This document shows, piece by piece, positions 27,422 through 42,689 of a DNA stretch of 64,000 bases. The position numbers and the translations under genes are program-made. Below the pieces are notes generated by a model that was not told where the DNA came from, did no database searches, and worked only from the letters and a program-made list of their open reading frames with translations. The stretch lies in assembly GCF_009914755.1 (NCBI RefSeq), contig NC_060928.1; one strand, given 5' to 3'. Source of the DNA: the human T2T-CHM13v2.0 reference genome, Homo sapiens. Numbering within the stretch: the first letter of the stretch is position 1; each line of letters begins with the position of its first letter.

Positions 27422-28189
27422 AGAGAGACTAGGCTAAGCAGCGTATTGGGAAGCTGGATCTGACCAATAAATGGTTGGAGATAGATTAACAGAGGTTGGG
27501 TTCTCAGTCTCAGTCTACTAGGAGTAAGACTTCTGAAGAACCAATTGAAAGACACTTGCCTGCTTTAATGTAAGCCCTCTCTTGACTCTAACCCATCAGC
27601 AAAAATCTGTTCTACACCAAGGCTGGTGTTGGTATTGTGGTCAGTAAAGGATGCAGGGTGGAATTTACTATGGGACATAATGGCACAACTGGGATAGTTA
27701 GGTGATCCGGGAACTTGGGACCAGAGGAAAGTTAGAATCTCAAACTTCCTCCCCTACTCCAAACCCATATCACAAGGACACTCAGAAGTTCCAAAGGAGG
27801 GCAGGTCTCCCACTGGAGGTGAGATGGGGATTTAAGCCAATTTTTTTATTATTATTACAAAAGCCTGGATGACCTGTGCTAGCACCTGGCTTGCATGTGG
27901 TTTTATAGGGTCTTAGAGTTCTCAGATACATATCTGCCACTCTTATATAGATTTGGAGATTTCTTAAATCCATCAATCAAGAAACAATCTAGAACATCAG
28001 AGTCATTTACTAATCAGGTACTTGCAATCTCATGGGAGGTGATAAGCCACATAAACATGAAATCATAAACAAACCACAATTTGTCATGTTTGTGTAAATA
28101 AATACATCAGAATTGTTAAACTAAAGCAGCAGAGCCAAAATTGAGCTATGCAATAAAAATGGGCAAATAAAAAAGTCAACAGTGTAGTA

Positions 28190-28400
28190 TAGCAAACTCC
28201 ATTCCTATTGTCACTGCTCATTATCTCTCATTAGATTATGGTAAAATCCTCTTGGCTCCCTGCCTTCAGTGCTCCCGTCACTAAGATATATTCTTTTCTT
28301 TACTACTAAATTAATCATAATGAGGCAGAGTTCTGTCTTGCACAATGCTTGGCACAGAATAGGGTCTCCAGAAACGCTTGTTAAATGAACAAATCAATCA
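28190..28400 (+). mobile_element. L2 fragments
   Basis: cattatctctcattagattatgg...; gcacaatgcttggcacagaatagg...tgttaaatgaa. Confidence 0.6.
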
Positions 28401-28769
28401 GTGATTCCTATCTATCCTACACAAAAATGTCAGTGTCTCATTATTTCCTATTTATCTTTCTAACATTAAATCTCATTGTATCTCATTATTGCTTATTATG
28501 CTCATATGCTCCAGCCCTGCTCCCATTCTTATCTCTTACTCTATTCTATTCCTTCATTTGGTATATCCTTTTCCCCATTCCAGCAAGTTTACCTTATCCA
28601 TATTTCAAAGCCTTTCTCAAATACCAATAGCCCTTTCTCTCTGAACATCCAAGCAAGAAATAATAACTTTTCCTCCCATTCTTCATACAAATTTATCTTT
28701 ACCTTCCTATTGCTTACTGTTTACTTGATATTCAAGCAATTTGTGCTCATATCTCCCAATTGTATAGTA

Positions 28770-29290
28770 AAGGTCAGGGTCCTTTGAGGCAGACAACAGA
28801 ATCCACTCCAGCTAGTCTAAGCAGAATGGGATTTATCACAGGCTACTAAATAGTTTATAGAATTTCTGGAAGAGCCAGAAAATCAAGCTTAGACCAATTA
28901 CATCCTGAAACAATATAGCCAAAAGAATTATTTTGCTACATTAAGGGAACTGTTTGCATAGAAATTTAATTACCGCTGCCTCCTCTCAGTTCATGATACA
29001 GCACCAAGGACAAAATGTAGACTGTAACATTTCAAATGCCTTGGGAAAACCAAGCGCTTCCACCACAACTTTCAATCTCCCCACCCATAAGCCCAATCCC
29101 ATGTTTCTCACTTTCATTTTCAAAGTCTTATGTGTGGGTTCATTTGTTTGGTGAAATCTAGTGCCTATGTGGAATCCTAGTTACAAGAGAATTTGAGAAA
29201 TGTCATTTTTAGACGTCCATTCAAACATAAAAGGCATGATGGAAATGGATTGGAGAGAATGTGAAGTGATCCAGTCTACAATATCCACCA
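28770..29290 (-). mobile_element. Old MaLR LTR (MLT1N/M-like)
   Basis: ggtcagggtcctttgaggcagacaacagaatccactccagctagtctaagcaga...cctagttacaagagaatttgagaaatg. Confidence 0.6.
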
Positions 29291-32200
29291 TATTTAGTAG
29301 GCCTACTGGGAGCATGATTTATGTTTATTCATCTTCATATCTCCCATTTGCACATAGGGAGTACCCAATAGGGAGTGCACATAGGAAGCATCCAATTTAT
29401 TCAGTGGACAATGAATAACACATAAGTGAATGTATATCAAGTGCACAGTACAAAATAAGGCAAAGGAGAGTTGAGAAAGGAGAAATGAAGTCAGTGAAAA
29501 CATTAATGTTTTCTTAGTGAAATCTTTGATTTAAGTTGCCAAACTACCACTCTTGAAGATGTTACTTGGTTTACCAAAAACTATGCTGAAGAAGCAAATG
29601 GCAGAGAAGGAGAGTCCTATTTCCTGATGAAAAATTGTTTGGATGGTCTTGTGCTGCAAGGACAATAGCAATTTATTTGGCCTCAATAAAAAAAAAATAA
29701 GTGTTAGTTCAGAAAGTTTATAGAACAAAAATGTAACTTTCAACAACAGATGAGATGTATGTCTCATAGATTCATAATTTTTCTTGTATCTTCTATTCAA
29801 AGTCTACCTAAGATAACTTTATCATATGCCAATTTAAGCTCACTCACTAGTTAGGAACACATATTTGGATAACATTCCTAACAGGTTACATTGCAAAAAA
29901 GAATCCAAGAATGTAAAATAACATATATTGTATATTATTACTTATACATAAATTACTGATAATTAAAAAGTGAACTAAGAAACTAACTACACTGATAAAA
30001 TCATGAAGGACATCACTGAACAAGGCAAAGAATCTCCTATATTTGTAATATTGGCCATAAAATATTGTCATCCCACAATATTTTGTATTTTGTATCCATA
30101 ATAGCTAAGAGGGGTTGTCTTGGGAAGGAAGGGTATAAAGACAGAAGATGGAGAGTTTCTCTGGAGCAGACCAAAGTGGGAAATAGTAAAACAAAGGAAT
30201 TCAGAGCTCATCTGCCTCCTCTGTGCACAATCAAGGGAAAAAAAGAATATCCCCACTACCATGAAGGTCTTCAATTAAATGTACTTCTCCACTCAAAGTA
30301 ATGTTCAGCAACTTCACACTTTCCCTTTCAGTGCATCATTTTCAGTGGTGATTGTGAACAGTTAAGGAAAAAGAATCCAATAACATGAAACTATTTTAAT
30401 AATTTTTAAAGGAAGTTTAAATGATACACACTTGATCAGGGTCGATGAAAATGGCACTAGTGTCGAAGGGCAACAGGTTGCTAATAAATACAATAGTTTA
30501 GGAAAGTGCTGTTTCTGTCATGGAAAAACTATATTCTGGGAAAAATAATACTACTGTAATTAATTTTTGAAAGCTATTGAGACTTCTTGGATGAAGAATG
30601 TAGTTATTAAAGGCAAAGTACACAATATGTTGTAATGAAATGTTTGTGCTTCACACTTCATTAAATGTTTTGTGGGCCTCTGGGGAAATTCTATCTCTCA
30701 CACACAGAAACAATGTTTATACATGGTGGTATCAGTAGAGGGAGTGCATAGAGCAATGTTCATGGGAAGAACTTGCTACAACTTCAGTATGTTCAATTAA
30801 AAACACCAAAACGAGGTAAGTGAGAAAATGTGTGGTAACTGACAAAAAGGCACACAAAATTCTGCTGTGACTTTGGCCACTCTTATGCTTAATCAAAATA
30901 ACATTTTTAAATTTCATTTGAAAATAAAAAACTGTGGGTTTTGCTTGAAGTAGAGGGTGACAGAGTAAACTGGACGGTTTGAATTAGTGGGATTAACTGA
31001 CAAACATCTGATTCCAAATTCTGCAGTTAAATAGACCCAATTACACATGTAGGACTCGGAGAATTCAAAAGTTTAGCAGTTTGGAATCTGCTGACTGTGT
31101 TAACTTACAGTATTTTGAAAGTGAAAGTGTAAAATAGTGGTAAAATTGCAAAGAAATTAACACATAAAATTCTTAGAAGGTGGGAAAGAGAAATAGGCAA
31201 AAAAAAAATGAGTAACTTTATACTGTCATTGGCAAAAGATCTTTTAAAAACAAACAAAAGTAAAGTCATGTAAAGAAAAGAAACCTATGAAAGGTCTTCA
31301 ACTTGTTTTGTTTCTTACATCTCGGGCTTCTTCCCGTTAACAGCACTTCCTGAAGGGGAACGTGCCTATTTGTCTGATCTAAACGTAAGTAGCCATGCAA
31401 CATTTTTAAGGAAAAAAGAACAAAGAAATGTACAAGGGAATCACATTCAACAAACAAAATCAAGCAAGAAATGTTAAAGACAATGGGCATACATAGACCA
31501 CCAACCAAGATCCTTTTAAAAATACTGTAAGAGATTTTCAACGAAGCATTCCTTTGCCTCAAGAACATTTTTTTTCTCCCTCAAGAAGTGTGTTAACCTT
31601 AATGGCTTTCCCTAGAGCTAGAATTTCAATTAGCTACTTTACTAGCACGACTCTAGTCACATAAAAAAGCGGTGACTCTTTTAAGATTCTTGTACTAAGC
31701 CATATTCTTCATGGGCACTCTAAGTTGAACTTAATTTTTTTCCTATTTCCAGGTTCCTGTATATAGTAAGATGCTAGTTATAAGAAAAGTACAACTTGAA
31801 CTTAGATGAATGTAGCACTTGGGCTTCCTTCTTAATAAAAATACATGTTATAAAAATTGATTCATTTATTACATAGACTCAAATGTTATTAAAAATGAAA
31901 GCTATACAGCAGGCCTGAGAAAGGATGATGCCAAGCTGTAATAAGACTCTTTATAATTTGTCTTTATAATCATTTTCCCTTTTTTCATTTTATTCTTAAA
32001 ATTATCAAGCCAAGTGACATCTCTATAATCATTTTATCTGCTATATTTGATAATTTGACACATTATACTATATTAGCTATTATGACAAGTTTTTGAAACA
32101 TTAAAAAAGGTAAGTCCTTCCACGAGTTCACATCCTTAGGGTTTGAATTACCAATTGTACAATAACAAATAATGTAATTCTGATTAAGATCTCCAAAACA

Positions 32201-32629
32201 GTTAACTACTACAATAATATTTACATAGGCCCTTTCACGGTTCTCTTGAAATACACATAAACATCGTCTCTAGATATTCAAAATAAGCCACAAATGGCAG
32301 AAAATAACTGATGAAAACTTCCAAGGTCTATAAAAGAACTAAGAAAGTCATGAAGTTCAGTTTATTCTCTTGGCTGCAACCTGTATTTCAGTTCTTTAGG
32401 TAATTTCTGCATTTGTATGCTTATTTAAAAGACATATAAGGTCTGATTTCAGATTACCTAGATGAAGGTCAAACTTATCAAAGAGGATTCTTTAAAAAAT
32501 AATCCTATTGTAAAAATGTCTCTGGATTTATGAGCAGTTCAGGGTGCATTCTGGTGGCATCGCTTTAGTCTAGTGCTCATCCAATGCAAGTCCATGGTGG
32601 AGAAAAGTTGCCAGCCACTGAGCATAGGA

Positions 32630-33549
32630 GGTGGACATCTGTTGCTTTAGTCTGCTCAGTATCCATTCATCCTTGCAATGCTATGGTTTGCATGTGTCCC
32701 CTCCAGCATTCACGTGTTGAAACTTAATGGCCAATGTAACGGTATTAAATAGTGGGGCCTGTAAGAGGTGATTAGGTCATGAGGCCTTCTCCCTCATTCA
32801 CAGGATAAAGTGCTCTTATGAAGGGCTCGATGGAGGCAATTTGTCCCTTTTTGCCCTTCCTCTTTCCACTATGTGAGGACACAGTGTTTCTTCCCACCCT
32901 CCTCCCTCCATAGGAGGCAGCATTCAAGGTGCGATTTTGGAAGTAGAGACTGAACTCTCACCAGACAATGAACTTGCTGGCACCTTGATCTTGGACTTCC
33001 CAGCCTGCAGAATTGTGAGAAAATAAATTTATGTTCCTTATAAACTACCGAGTCTGTGGTATTCTTTTATAGCAGCACAAAAGAATCTAAGATACTTCCT
33101 CTAATAGTAGCACACCACACTTTCCAAAAACTGTCAGTCAAAGATTTGCATGTCTCCACCCACCCCCTCCCATGCTGGTCATAGTGACTGGTTTTGTGGC
33201 AGACAAGTGACTTTATCAGTAATAAAGTTATTCACATGAGAGGTATTTTACTGAGAAGGTTGGGAAAATGAGGATCTCTTTTTCCTGGTATAGCCAAGCG
33301 GGTAGAAGATAAGCCTGGAGCTGCAGGTGGCCATTTATTTCCCACTAGAGAAAGTCAGTTATAGAATGGAGCCTATACAAAAAATCAGAACCAAGAGACT
33401 TTAAAGAATTAAGTCTGATGACTTATTACATTTTTGAACACCTGAATTCAGTCATATTAGGTCTGGAGAACCAATCAATTTCCATGTTCCATAAGACAAC
33501 TTGAGTCCATTTTTTATTATTAATAAACAAAAGATTCCCAACTAATATA
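32630..33549 (+). mobile_element. Old MaLR LTR (MLT1K/L-like), split by an MST LTR
   Basis: ggtggacatctgttg 5' part; after the MST insert aagcctggagctgcaggtggccat...aaaagattcccaactaatata. Confidence 0.6.
32679..33093 (+). mobile_element. MaLR solo LTR (MSTC/MSTD-like)
   Basis: tgctatggtttgcatgtgtcccc...gaggtgattaggtcatgagg...tggcaccttgatcttggacttcccagcc...atagcagcacaaaa...ctaagata. Confidence 0.9.
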
Positions 33550-36074
33550 GCATCTTTCCTTATTCAAGAGGGTAGATAGTGGAGACAAATAGTCTGTGTC
33601 GTTAAGAGGTCAGAGAAACAAAGACGGACATATGATGTGAAGTGATTCAGAATTCAGAATTGTCTTTTTCAGAAGTTTTTTTATATTTTTTATAAAACTG
33701 AATAGTGTTGAGTTCTTGTTAATCGATTTACCCAATATCATTCCTCAATAACTGAAACACATATCGTAACATGTTGCATCTACCCGGACTGCCTGCCAAA
33801 ATGTACTCCCTCCCAAATGTCCCCATCCAGCTCAAATTTCCTTTTCCTTTGGCAGCAGCTCATACTTTCTTTTAGTGTTGCTGGGATTTTTCTGAGCCTG
33901 CTTTTAGGCCTCAGTGTCCTGCTGAATTCTTCACTCTATTCATCTGTTTCCTTTTAAAGCTGCCTTAAGGTTCATTGCTTCTTGACCTATTCAGCCTTGC
34001 TGTTCTTCTAGGCCAGTCTAATTCCCCAACTGGGGCTTCAAGACTCTATTACTGCTGTGCTGTCAACAACCTATTATTTTCCTTTTCACCAACTTTTGGC
34101 TACTCCCTGATCACATTCAGGGTGCAAAAATGCTAGGAGTGAACAGTTAACCAATCCCTATCCTGCACCAGCACATATGACAGAACCTATTTGGAATTCT
34201 TTTACAGGATGCACTAGCTAATGCAGATAAGCTCTGTGGCATCAATTCACCCTCCAGAAGAAACCCAAATAGCAACACAGGATGAAGGTCAAGGATTAAC
34301 TGATGCTAATGGAAATGTTCCCAGTGACCGTCCAGATAAAATATTGTATCCCAGCTGATGAGGCCGGCACATGATGACAACACTACAAGGTATGCTTCCC
34401 TGGGAAGAAAAACCCCCCTTTCATTTCTAATATAGCTTCATAGTTCACATCATGTCTGCTAGCTGCATTGACTGTGGTAAGAACTACATACCACAAGTAG
34501 AGTTTTTAATGGCAATATGAACCACAAAGATGATGCTTATTCCACATCTAAGACAATAAGCTCAATGCACTCTTTCATGGCTCTTCATCTTTTCCCATAT
34601 TAGATTAGGCTGTTCCTTTCAGCAGGAGTTTTAATGCACTGTAGGCCTACTTGGCAGCAAGCTTTAAAAGCATTTAATAAAAGGCATGTGAAGGAAATGT
34701 TATCAATGAGCAAGGTTTGCCTTAATGATTCCTTAACCTGTTTATTATTATCTCCTGCTTCTCAGAGGTGATAGATCAGCAGTTCTACATACCAAGCTGA
34801 AGAAAACCCTGAGACATTTTGGAGCCAGAGATCCTTCATCCCTGCGGGGTAATAAGCTGGCTAGCCTTCCATAATGGGCAGGCTGTGGTTTATTCTGTTT
34901 CCTATAAGGAACCTACTAGAAGGAATTTTATGGCCATAGGTTTTGTGTGAGCATTAAGCCATTTGTGGCATGTGTGAGAAGAGAAAGCACTTGTCCCCAA
35001 AGCTACTTCAATTTCCCTTCCTACTTGCTGCCCAGGGCTCGGCAGCCTCTTCAAAGAAGGCATTCTAAAAGTTATCTCTAGACAATACTCATTCACAGAA
35101 CAGGCAATCTAGGCACTCTTGGGGACAAGCCTGAACTCTCCTGTTCACTAAATTACTGGTGTGAGGGAACCTAACCCGAATGAAAGAGTTTAGGAAACAC
35201 ACTTCCCACTCCCTGAACAGGGACTGGCCTTGCTTTGAGGATATCTGGGGAGCTGATGCCTGTTACCTTCCTCATTTTCACTTGGCCCAATCCTCCCCTT
35301 TGATAAACACACATTTCCACAGACAGAGACATTCTGTTGACTTCTCCTAGAAAGATCTACAAGCAAAGGTGAAGGAGAACTATATGGAGCAAATGAAAAT
35401 AGAACCAGTGGGATAAGCTGCCACTTTATAGAAGTAAATATGACAAACTTAGACCCACAGGAAATCGTTTTATGACAAAGATTTTTTGTCCTTTCAAAGA
35501 AAGGACAAGGCATTTTATTTTTCAAAATGAAACCTCAGGTTAGTAAACATGTGGCCAGATGCCCGGTGGAAATAATATTGTCTGTAGGGACCTTCATGGT
35601 GCTCTCCGGTGAAGAGAAAAATTAACCTTCCGTAAATAAAAAAACTTTAAATTCCATGTTGGTAAAATTATTCTTACATTCTAGTTCTCATCGAGGACTA
35701 ATATATATACAACACTTGAAGTTTTTCCATTAAATTGTTTTTGAATTATGAGTGACAAAAAAAAAATTTGAACAAATTGAAGAAAAATAAATGAAAAGAC
35801 AGAGCTTATGTCCCTTAGCTAGAAAGTATGTTATTTACATCTCTGACAATGCTTTCCCCACTCTCTCCCCACCCCCATGTAGCTATGGGCAATGAATGTC
35901 ATTATTTACAAGTTTGGGTAGAGAAACTTTTTACTTTAGCCTTTGCTTTAAAAAATATGTCCCCCTACTAAGGGCAGAGTTGTGTATTAAATGCTCAAAA
36001 CGTGATTATGACACAAAATTAGGAAATTTTTCTTTAGAGAAAAGCAAGCTTTATGTATTGAAGAATGTTGACAA

Positions 36075-36200
36075 CTTAAATTTTGGAAATGTCAAGTTTG
36101 AAATGTCTGCAAGAAAAACAAGGGGCAATATTTATCAGGCAGCTGGAAATTTGGTCAGTAGACAGGTGAAATTGAAGACAGTGGAGTGGTAGCCTCTGTG
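36075..36200 (-). mobile_element. L2 fragment
   Basis: ttttggaaatgtcaagtttgaaatgtctg...aggcagctgga matches reverse L2. Confidence 0.55.
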
Positions 36201-37089
36201 TCATAGGATGGAATAAAAAAAAATAAGTTTCCAATGAAACGTGTTTAAATGATCACTAAGAAACTATTATTTTAATCTCTTATTTAAAATCTCTTCTAAA
36301 GTGGTAAATAAACTTTCTCTTGAATCATTTCATGATGAATATGTTCAATTCTCCCCACAACCAGCCAAGTAAGTAAATGGCTCAGGAAGTATATTAACTC
36401 TTTAAGGCACTCCTGGACCATGAGGATGACACAGGGCTCAAGAACACAGCAGTCCCTGGGACAGAGTAGGGAAAAGTGGCGAGCTAAGGTATAGACTCTT
36501 GGTAGCGAAGAATTTTCTAAAGAGTTGGTAAGTATCCGAGATTTTTCATGCGAAGAGTAAAATATTTTCGAGAAAACAAAAAGAAAGGCAGCAAAGTGGG
36601 AATTGGTTGCTAATCTATTTAGACTTTATTGCATTGTTTCCTTAATTATCTTGAAAATATTTTCCTCTCTGAAATTTAGTCAGAAGTTATTTCTCAAAGT
36701 TGGGAATTGTGCTCTAGTACAAAGAACTTCGACCAGACTTTGCTACTCTTCTGCAATGTTAATCATAAACCCTTATCAATTTTTTGGTGTCTGATTCATT
36801 CATTTGTTTATTATTTATTTAGTTTTTGTGCACAATTACTGATATCACTTTTCCTAAAGCAGTATTCTTATACAAAATACCCATTAGCGGATAAAACATT
36901 TTTCTTAAGGGAAAAAGACAAAAGCTGGTATCAGGCAAAAGCCTTCAGTAATCTTTGAATGAATGTGGTATTGTTATAAACCTTAGCAGTAATTTATTAT
37001 TTATTTAAACAAATGTCTTAGTTTCTCTCTTTATAAAAACAAAATAATACTAGGCAGGAGAAATATTTGTATTTTCCTTAGGATTTTAG

Positions 37090-37429
<340 letters not shown>

Positions 37430-37694
37430 CAGCATTATTAATGTTATTAGATAACATTAGATGTCAAGCCCCCAACAAATTATTTCATGTCAAGCCAGTC
37501 TTTAAGACACAAGATAGGAGTTGGTTGTTCCAGTAAAAAATTGATCAATTATACTGCATGTGGTAAATTTAATTAATCAATAAGAGGTTAGTCTGTACTA
37601 CTGCAAATACAAAGGCAATTGATTAAAGGCATTTTTCACCTTTTATAAGTTTGGCATCCTATTGTCTGATTTCCAGTAGTTCTGCATTAATATC

Positions 37695-37910
37695 ATGGGA
37701 TACAGAGTCAGACATATTTGGGATTCCAGCCCCAGCATTAATATATCTACATCAACATGGGACAGGCTATTTCACCTCCCTGACCATCAGTATCATCATC
37801 TGTAAAATGGGAATTTACAATATCCACTACACAAGAGTTGTTGTGGGAATTAAAAGACGTAAGGCATGAAAGGCTTTCAACAGAATCTGGAGAGTAACAG
37901 ATGCTCTATA
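37695..37910 (+). mobile_element. MIR
   Basis: agagtcagac...catctgtaaaatggga...gttgttgtgggaattaaa. Confidence 0.8.
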
Positions 37911-38007
37911 CATACATATGTTTACTTTTAGTAGTGTTTACCTGATTTTGATGTACATATCTCAGAGAAGTTGAAAGAAAATTAAAGACAAAAATGATAA
38001 TAATTAG

Positions 38008-38573
<566 letters not shown>

Positions 38574-39854
38574 TAGACATTTGGCGTGTCAATTACTGTA
38601 TTTTGGCAACACGATGTCTTGGCATCCTTTTTTCATTACACTGTTGGTGATGGCCTAACAGAAGGAAGTTATATAGGAAAGGCATGAAAACCTGGAGTGC
38701 AAACGAGTTTTGTCACAAGTTCTTGGGATGGAAAGAGTTGTTTTACAAGATGCCTTGCATAGAAGGAAAATAGTTCCGCTGGATGTCTATTTGGGTAACA
38801 AGGAACATGGTCTGCTATGGTTTACTACTCTGGGGGACCAAAGCAAAATTCCTTACTGGAATTGACTTTGAAATATGCACTTGGTTTCAGCTGAAATTTG
38901 TAAGAGAAAGAGACTGAGGTTCACACAAGTAAAGAAAAAGGGAATACAGTTTATAGTGGGTCTGATTTTGGACTCTTAAATTTTTAAAGTAACATTTGTT
39001 AAGTCATAGGATTTTTAGAAACAAAAAATAGCATTTGAAGGTATAAAAATTTGACTTGAGCTATTTTAAAATAATAAGGCAGCAGGCATATATACTAGTG
39101 CTTATTCATTTTTTAGTGAGAAAATTATTATTGTCTCATGAATTGTAGCTTTTTTGTCTAGCCCTAAATAATGCAACTTTAGTGAGAAAATCTGGGCTCT
39201 GAGACACATTACAAACAGTTACAAATATAGCAGTTATATTATTCTAGTCATTACTAGCAGACATTTCCATTATAAATATGGATATTAAGAGGTTCATCAT
39301 TCATATATGTACATGCTCTAATCTGATTCTTGACAGAACAGAGAAACTAACTCTGCAATATGTGGATGAAGATATTTTCTTTTCTTTCAGTTTTTCTAGA
39401 GACCAAAAAAAGTATATTTCTTGAAAGCCTCTTTCTTGAGGACCAAGACACTTTTAGAATATTTTCTCATCTTTTTAGGTAAGGATGGTGACAGTAATCA
39501 AATGCCACTACTGTGTACCATCTATACCTGGTTTTTAATTGAACAAGTACTATGTGAATATATTGCCCTTGTAGGAAACTCAAACAAAATAGATTAATTC
39601 TCAGCAGGCCTTTTCAACAGAGCTCCAGTGAAAAAAGCCTCTCATTACTTGCTTAAGCAAAGATTTCTGGTTTTGAACATTCTGTGTGTTTGAAAAGCAG
39701 ATTGAACAATTAATTGTTCAATATACACAGACTGTGCAGATCAGATTATACACAGAGTTTTGATTAGCTCCCTGTTTTCTGCCCCACTTGTCATTCTTTT
39801 CCTCCACTGTACCTGATGATTCAAAATTCTGAACCTATCCAAGATTATCTAGAA

Positions 39855-40032
39855 CAACAGCTCTCTAAATGTTGTCCCCAAACCAACAACATCCACATCA
39901 GCATTTCTAGTAAGTTCTCAGGTCCTACTCCAGCCTATTGAATCAGAAATTGTAGGGACAGAGCCCAGAAATCTATCCTTTAACAAGCACAACAGGCAAT
40001 TCTGATACACCCTAGGGTTTGAGAAACCATAG
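39855..40032 (+). mobile_element. MER5A hAT-Charlie DNA transposon
   Basis: cctattgaatcagaaa...gcccagaaatct...tttaacaagc...ttctgatacac...tttgagaaacca. Confidence 0.75.
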
Positions 40033-40407
40033 ACTTGGAGCAAACGGGCTCTCTTTTATGATATATCTGCTCTTGATGTGCTCTAAGCTCTAGTTTCTCT
40101 ACCCTGTGACATCAATCATCACGCTTCCATCTGCTCTCAATATTTTAAATATGTGTTAAAATCTATGATCCCTTAACAACCTCATTTCTATTCTCTTTGT
40201 TTGTTAACCTTTTAATTTATTGTCTACCATTTCATTGGTGAATCAGGAAGGGACAACTGATGGACATATGCTATTAGGCCATTATCTTTAGACATTTCTA
40301 TATACATTTCTATTAAAATGTATATGGACATGTTCCACAGAAATTTCTAGTCATATACATATTTGTACTTAGTGTTCACCTATCTTTCTTAAAATTAAAA
40401 TCACTAA

Positions 40408-40435
40408 TTGTGTGTGTGTGTGTGTGTGTGTGTGT
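40408..40435. repeat. (TG)n microsatellite
   Basis: About 13 TG units. Confidence 0.95.
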
Positions 40436-40439
40436 TTAA

Positions 40440-41560
40440 CAGAGTATCTTTAAAAGGAGCAAATAAGCAAAATTTTGTCTTACTGGTAAATTCTATTTTT
40501 TTTCATTACCTTTTTTTATCTTTAGAAATCACTTCTTTGGAGGGGTGGTTTACTTCTCTTTTTCTAGTTTCTTGAGTTGAAAAATCTAATTTTTTTTTTT
40601 TTTTACTGTCTAACAAATGCATTTAAGGTATAAATTTGCCACTGAGTACTACTTTGGCTAGCTCTCCTAGTTTTTGGTATGCACATCAATCGTCATGTAT
40701 TTCTAATGAAATTTGAAACTAAATAGAAATTTAGTTTGATTTCCTTATTATGTAAAGTTATTTGGAAAAGTTTTCTGTTTACTTGCTTTATTTTTAACTT
40801 TTTATTATTTTTTGATTATGGAGGATCTTTAAACTATTTTTTCTTTTTTGTTTGAAAGTTATATGTTTTATTTACAATTTTCTACTTGTAACCTTGAAGT
40901 TTTAACATATTTAAAACATTTTTCTGTAAGTAGTTAGAAGCCTGGTGCATTTAGACTTCTCTATTCTCACATCATCTTCTACCCAACCCACCTTACCCAC
41001 TCCAACACCCATTTTTTTTGTTCTATATTACTTTTACAACTAACAATTAGACAACTACACATCTTGCTGATTTCTTTGCCTCTCACTGTTTATTGTATCA
41101 TATATACCATTCTTTTCAATTTTTTATTTTGCTGAAATGCATTCTTCTCTTTCAAGGAGTCCTTGCATACCTATTACTGATGATTTGGCTGTGTTTAGAA
41201 TTGGAGCTCAAAGTTATTTCCTTCTGAACTTTGATGTGCCTAGATTGTGTTTTTCAGTTTATTCTAGTTGGCTCTGAATAGGACCATCAATATAAATATT
41301 CACATTTGAAGATTTATTAATTTTTACAATTATATATTTATTTCTTATGTTGCTAATTCCTCAAAAGAAACTTTGTTTTGTAAATGCCCTCATGAGAAGA
41401 TTTTTTGTCCTGAGAAAAATATTAATAATACTTATATATTGCACTTGTGTTTGTTCTATTAATTGGATTTCCTCAGCTATTGAATACTTTCACTTGCTTG
41501 TTGAAATTAATATATTTTTATTCAAGATTTTATGTTGGTCATCTATGAATGCTATTTCTA
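40440..41560 (-). mobile_element. Old L1 (L1M-like) degenerate fragments
   Basis: T-rich; gcatttaaggtataaatttgccactgagtactactttggc resembles reverse L1M ORF2; boundaries uncertain. Confidence 0.5.
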
Positions 41561-41979
41561 TTTAAAGCAGCCTAATAAATTATCACTTTAAATTAGGAGG
41601 AATTGGGGGATACGGCCTTCCTCTCAAGCTTGGGCAATGCCACTCTATGTCCTGTCTGGAGGGAGATTATTTCTCTCCATATTATCTTACTTACCACACT
41701 CTGAGCCAATTGTGGCATTCTATTCTGACTTTAATCGTGGGAAAAACTGAAGGCAATTCATTCTAACATACCACTGCAAAATAATGAAGGAGACAAGAAC
41801 CAATCTTAAGTCTCCAGACTCCTAGATCTATAGCTGTTTCCAGATCATGCCAAGCAGACCTCTTACTTTGGTCTGATTTTATTAACTGCCTATTATAATG
41901 AACTAGAGAAAGGATTTTTAAAAAGTCAAAGCATATTATTAAGGAGAAAAAAATAAATGAATATTTTAAAAAAATTTTT

Positions 41980-42116
41980 AAAGACTGCACACTGGGTATA
42001 GTGTACACTGCTCAGGTAACAGTGCATCCAAATCTCAGAAATCACTACTACAGAACTTTTCCATGCAACCAAACACCACCTGTTCCCCCAAAACTAGCGA
42101 AATAAAAATAAAAAAA
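41980..42116 (+). mobile_element. L1PB-like 3' end
   Basis: aagactgcacactgggtatagtgtacactgctcagg...aatctcagaaatcactac...caccacctgttccccca...aaataaaaataaaaaaa. Confidence 0.85.
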
Positions 42117-42689
42117 CCGTGAGGAGTTTAATGTTAACAATAAATACAGGAACAAATGGATATTTTTCTTATAAACAATAAGATTGGGCAAAAAGAATCA
42201 CAGTAGAAGACAACATTTTTCAGGGCAAATGCTAATTATAAAATCCAGCTTCATCAGTTGCCACCAAGGTCAGCCTGGGTGTTCTCTCTGCTGCTGCTAG
42301 TGCTACTGCTGTCACCATCACTATTTACTTTGAGCAAATTGGGCCTCTGATCTGACCAAGGACAGGGCTAAACTGTGAAAATTCAATCGAGTCCTCATGA
42401 AGCGGAAGCACTGGTGTGGAAGGTGACCCTACACAAGCAATCACTCAATAATGCCAGTGTCTGAACAGAGAATTCTACATGCCTGCACACACACGCTAGA
42501 AAGAGAATGTAGTCTGATAAACAATTTATACCATCGGAAATTTTAAGAATAACATATCTTAATGGAATTTCAGGCCCAGGCTAAGTAATAAACTAATTCT
42601 ACAATGCTGAGCTGTTTTAGGGCGATGGTAACATGGGATGATTTTATTTTAAATGTTCTTTATGATTTTCAGACAGCACATCATACTGT

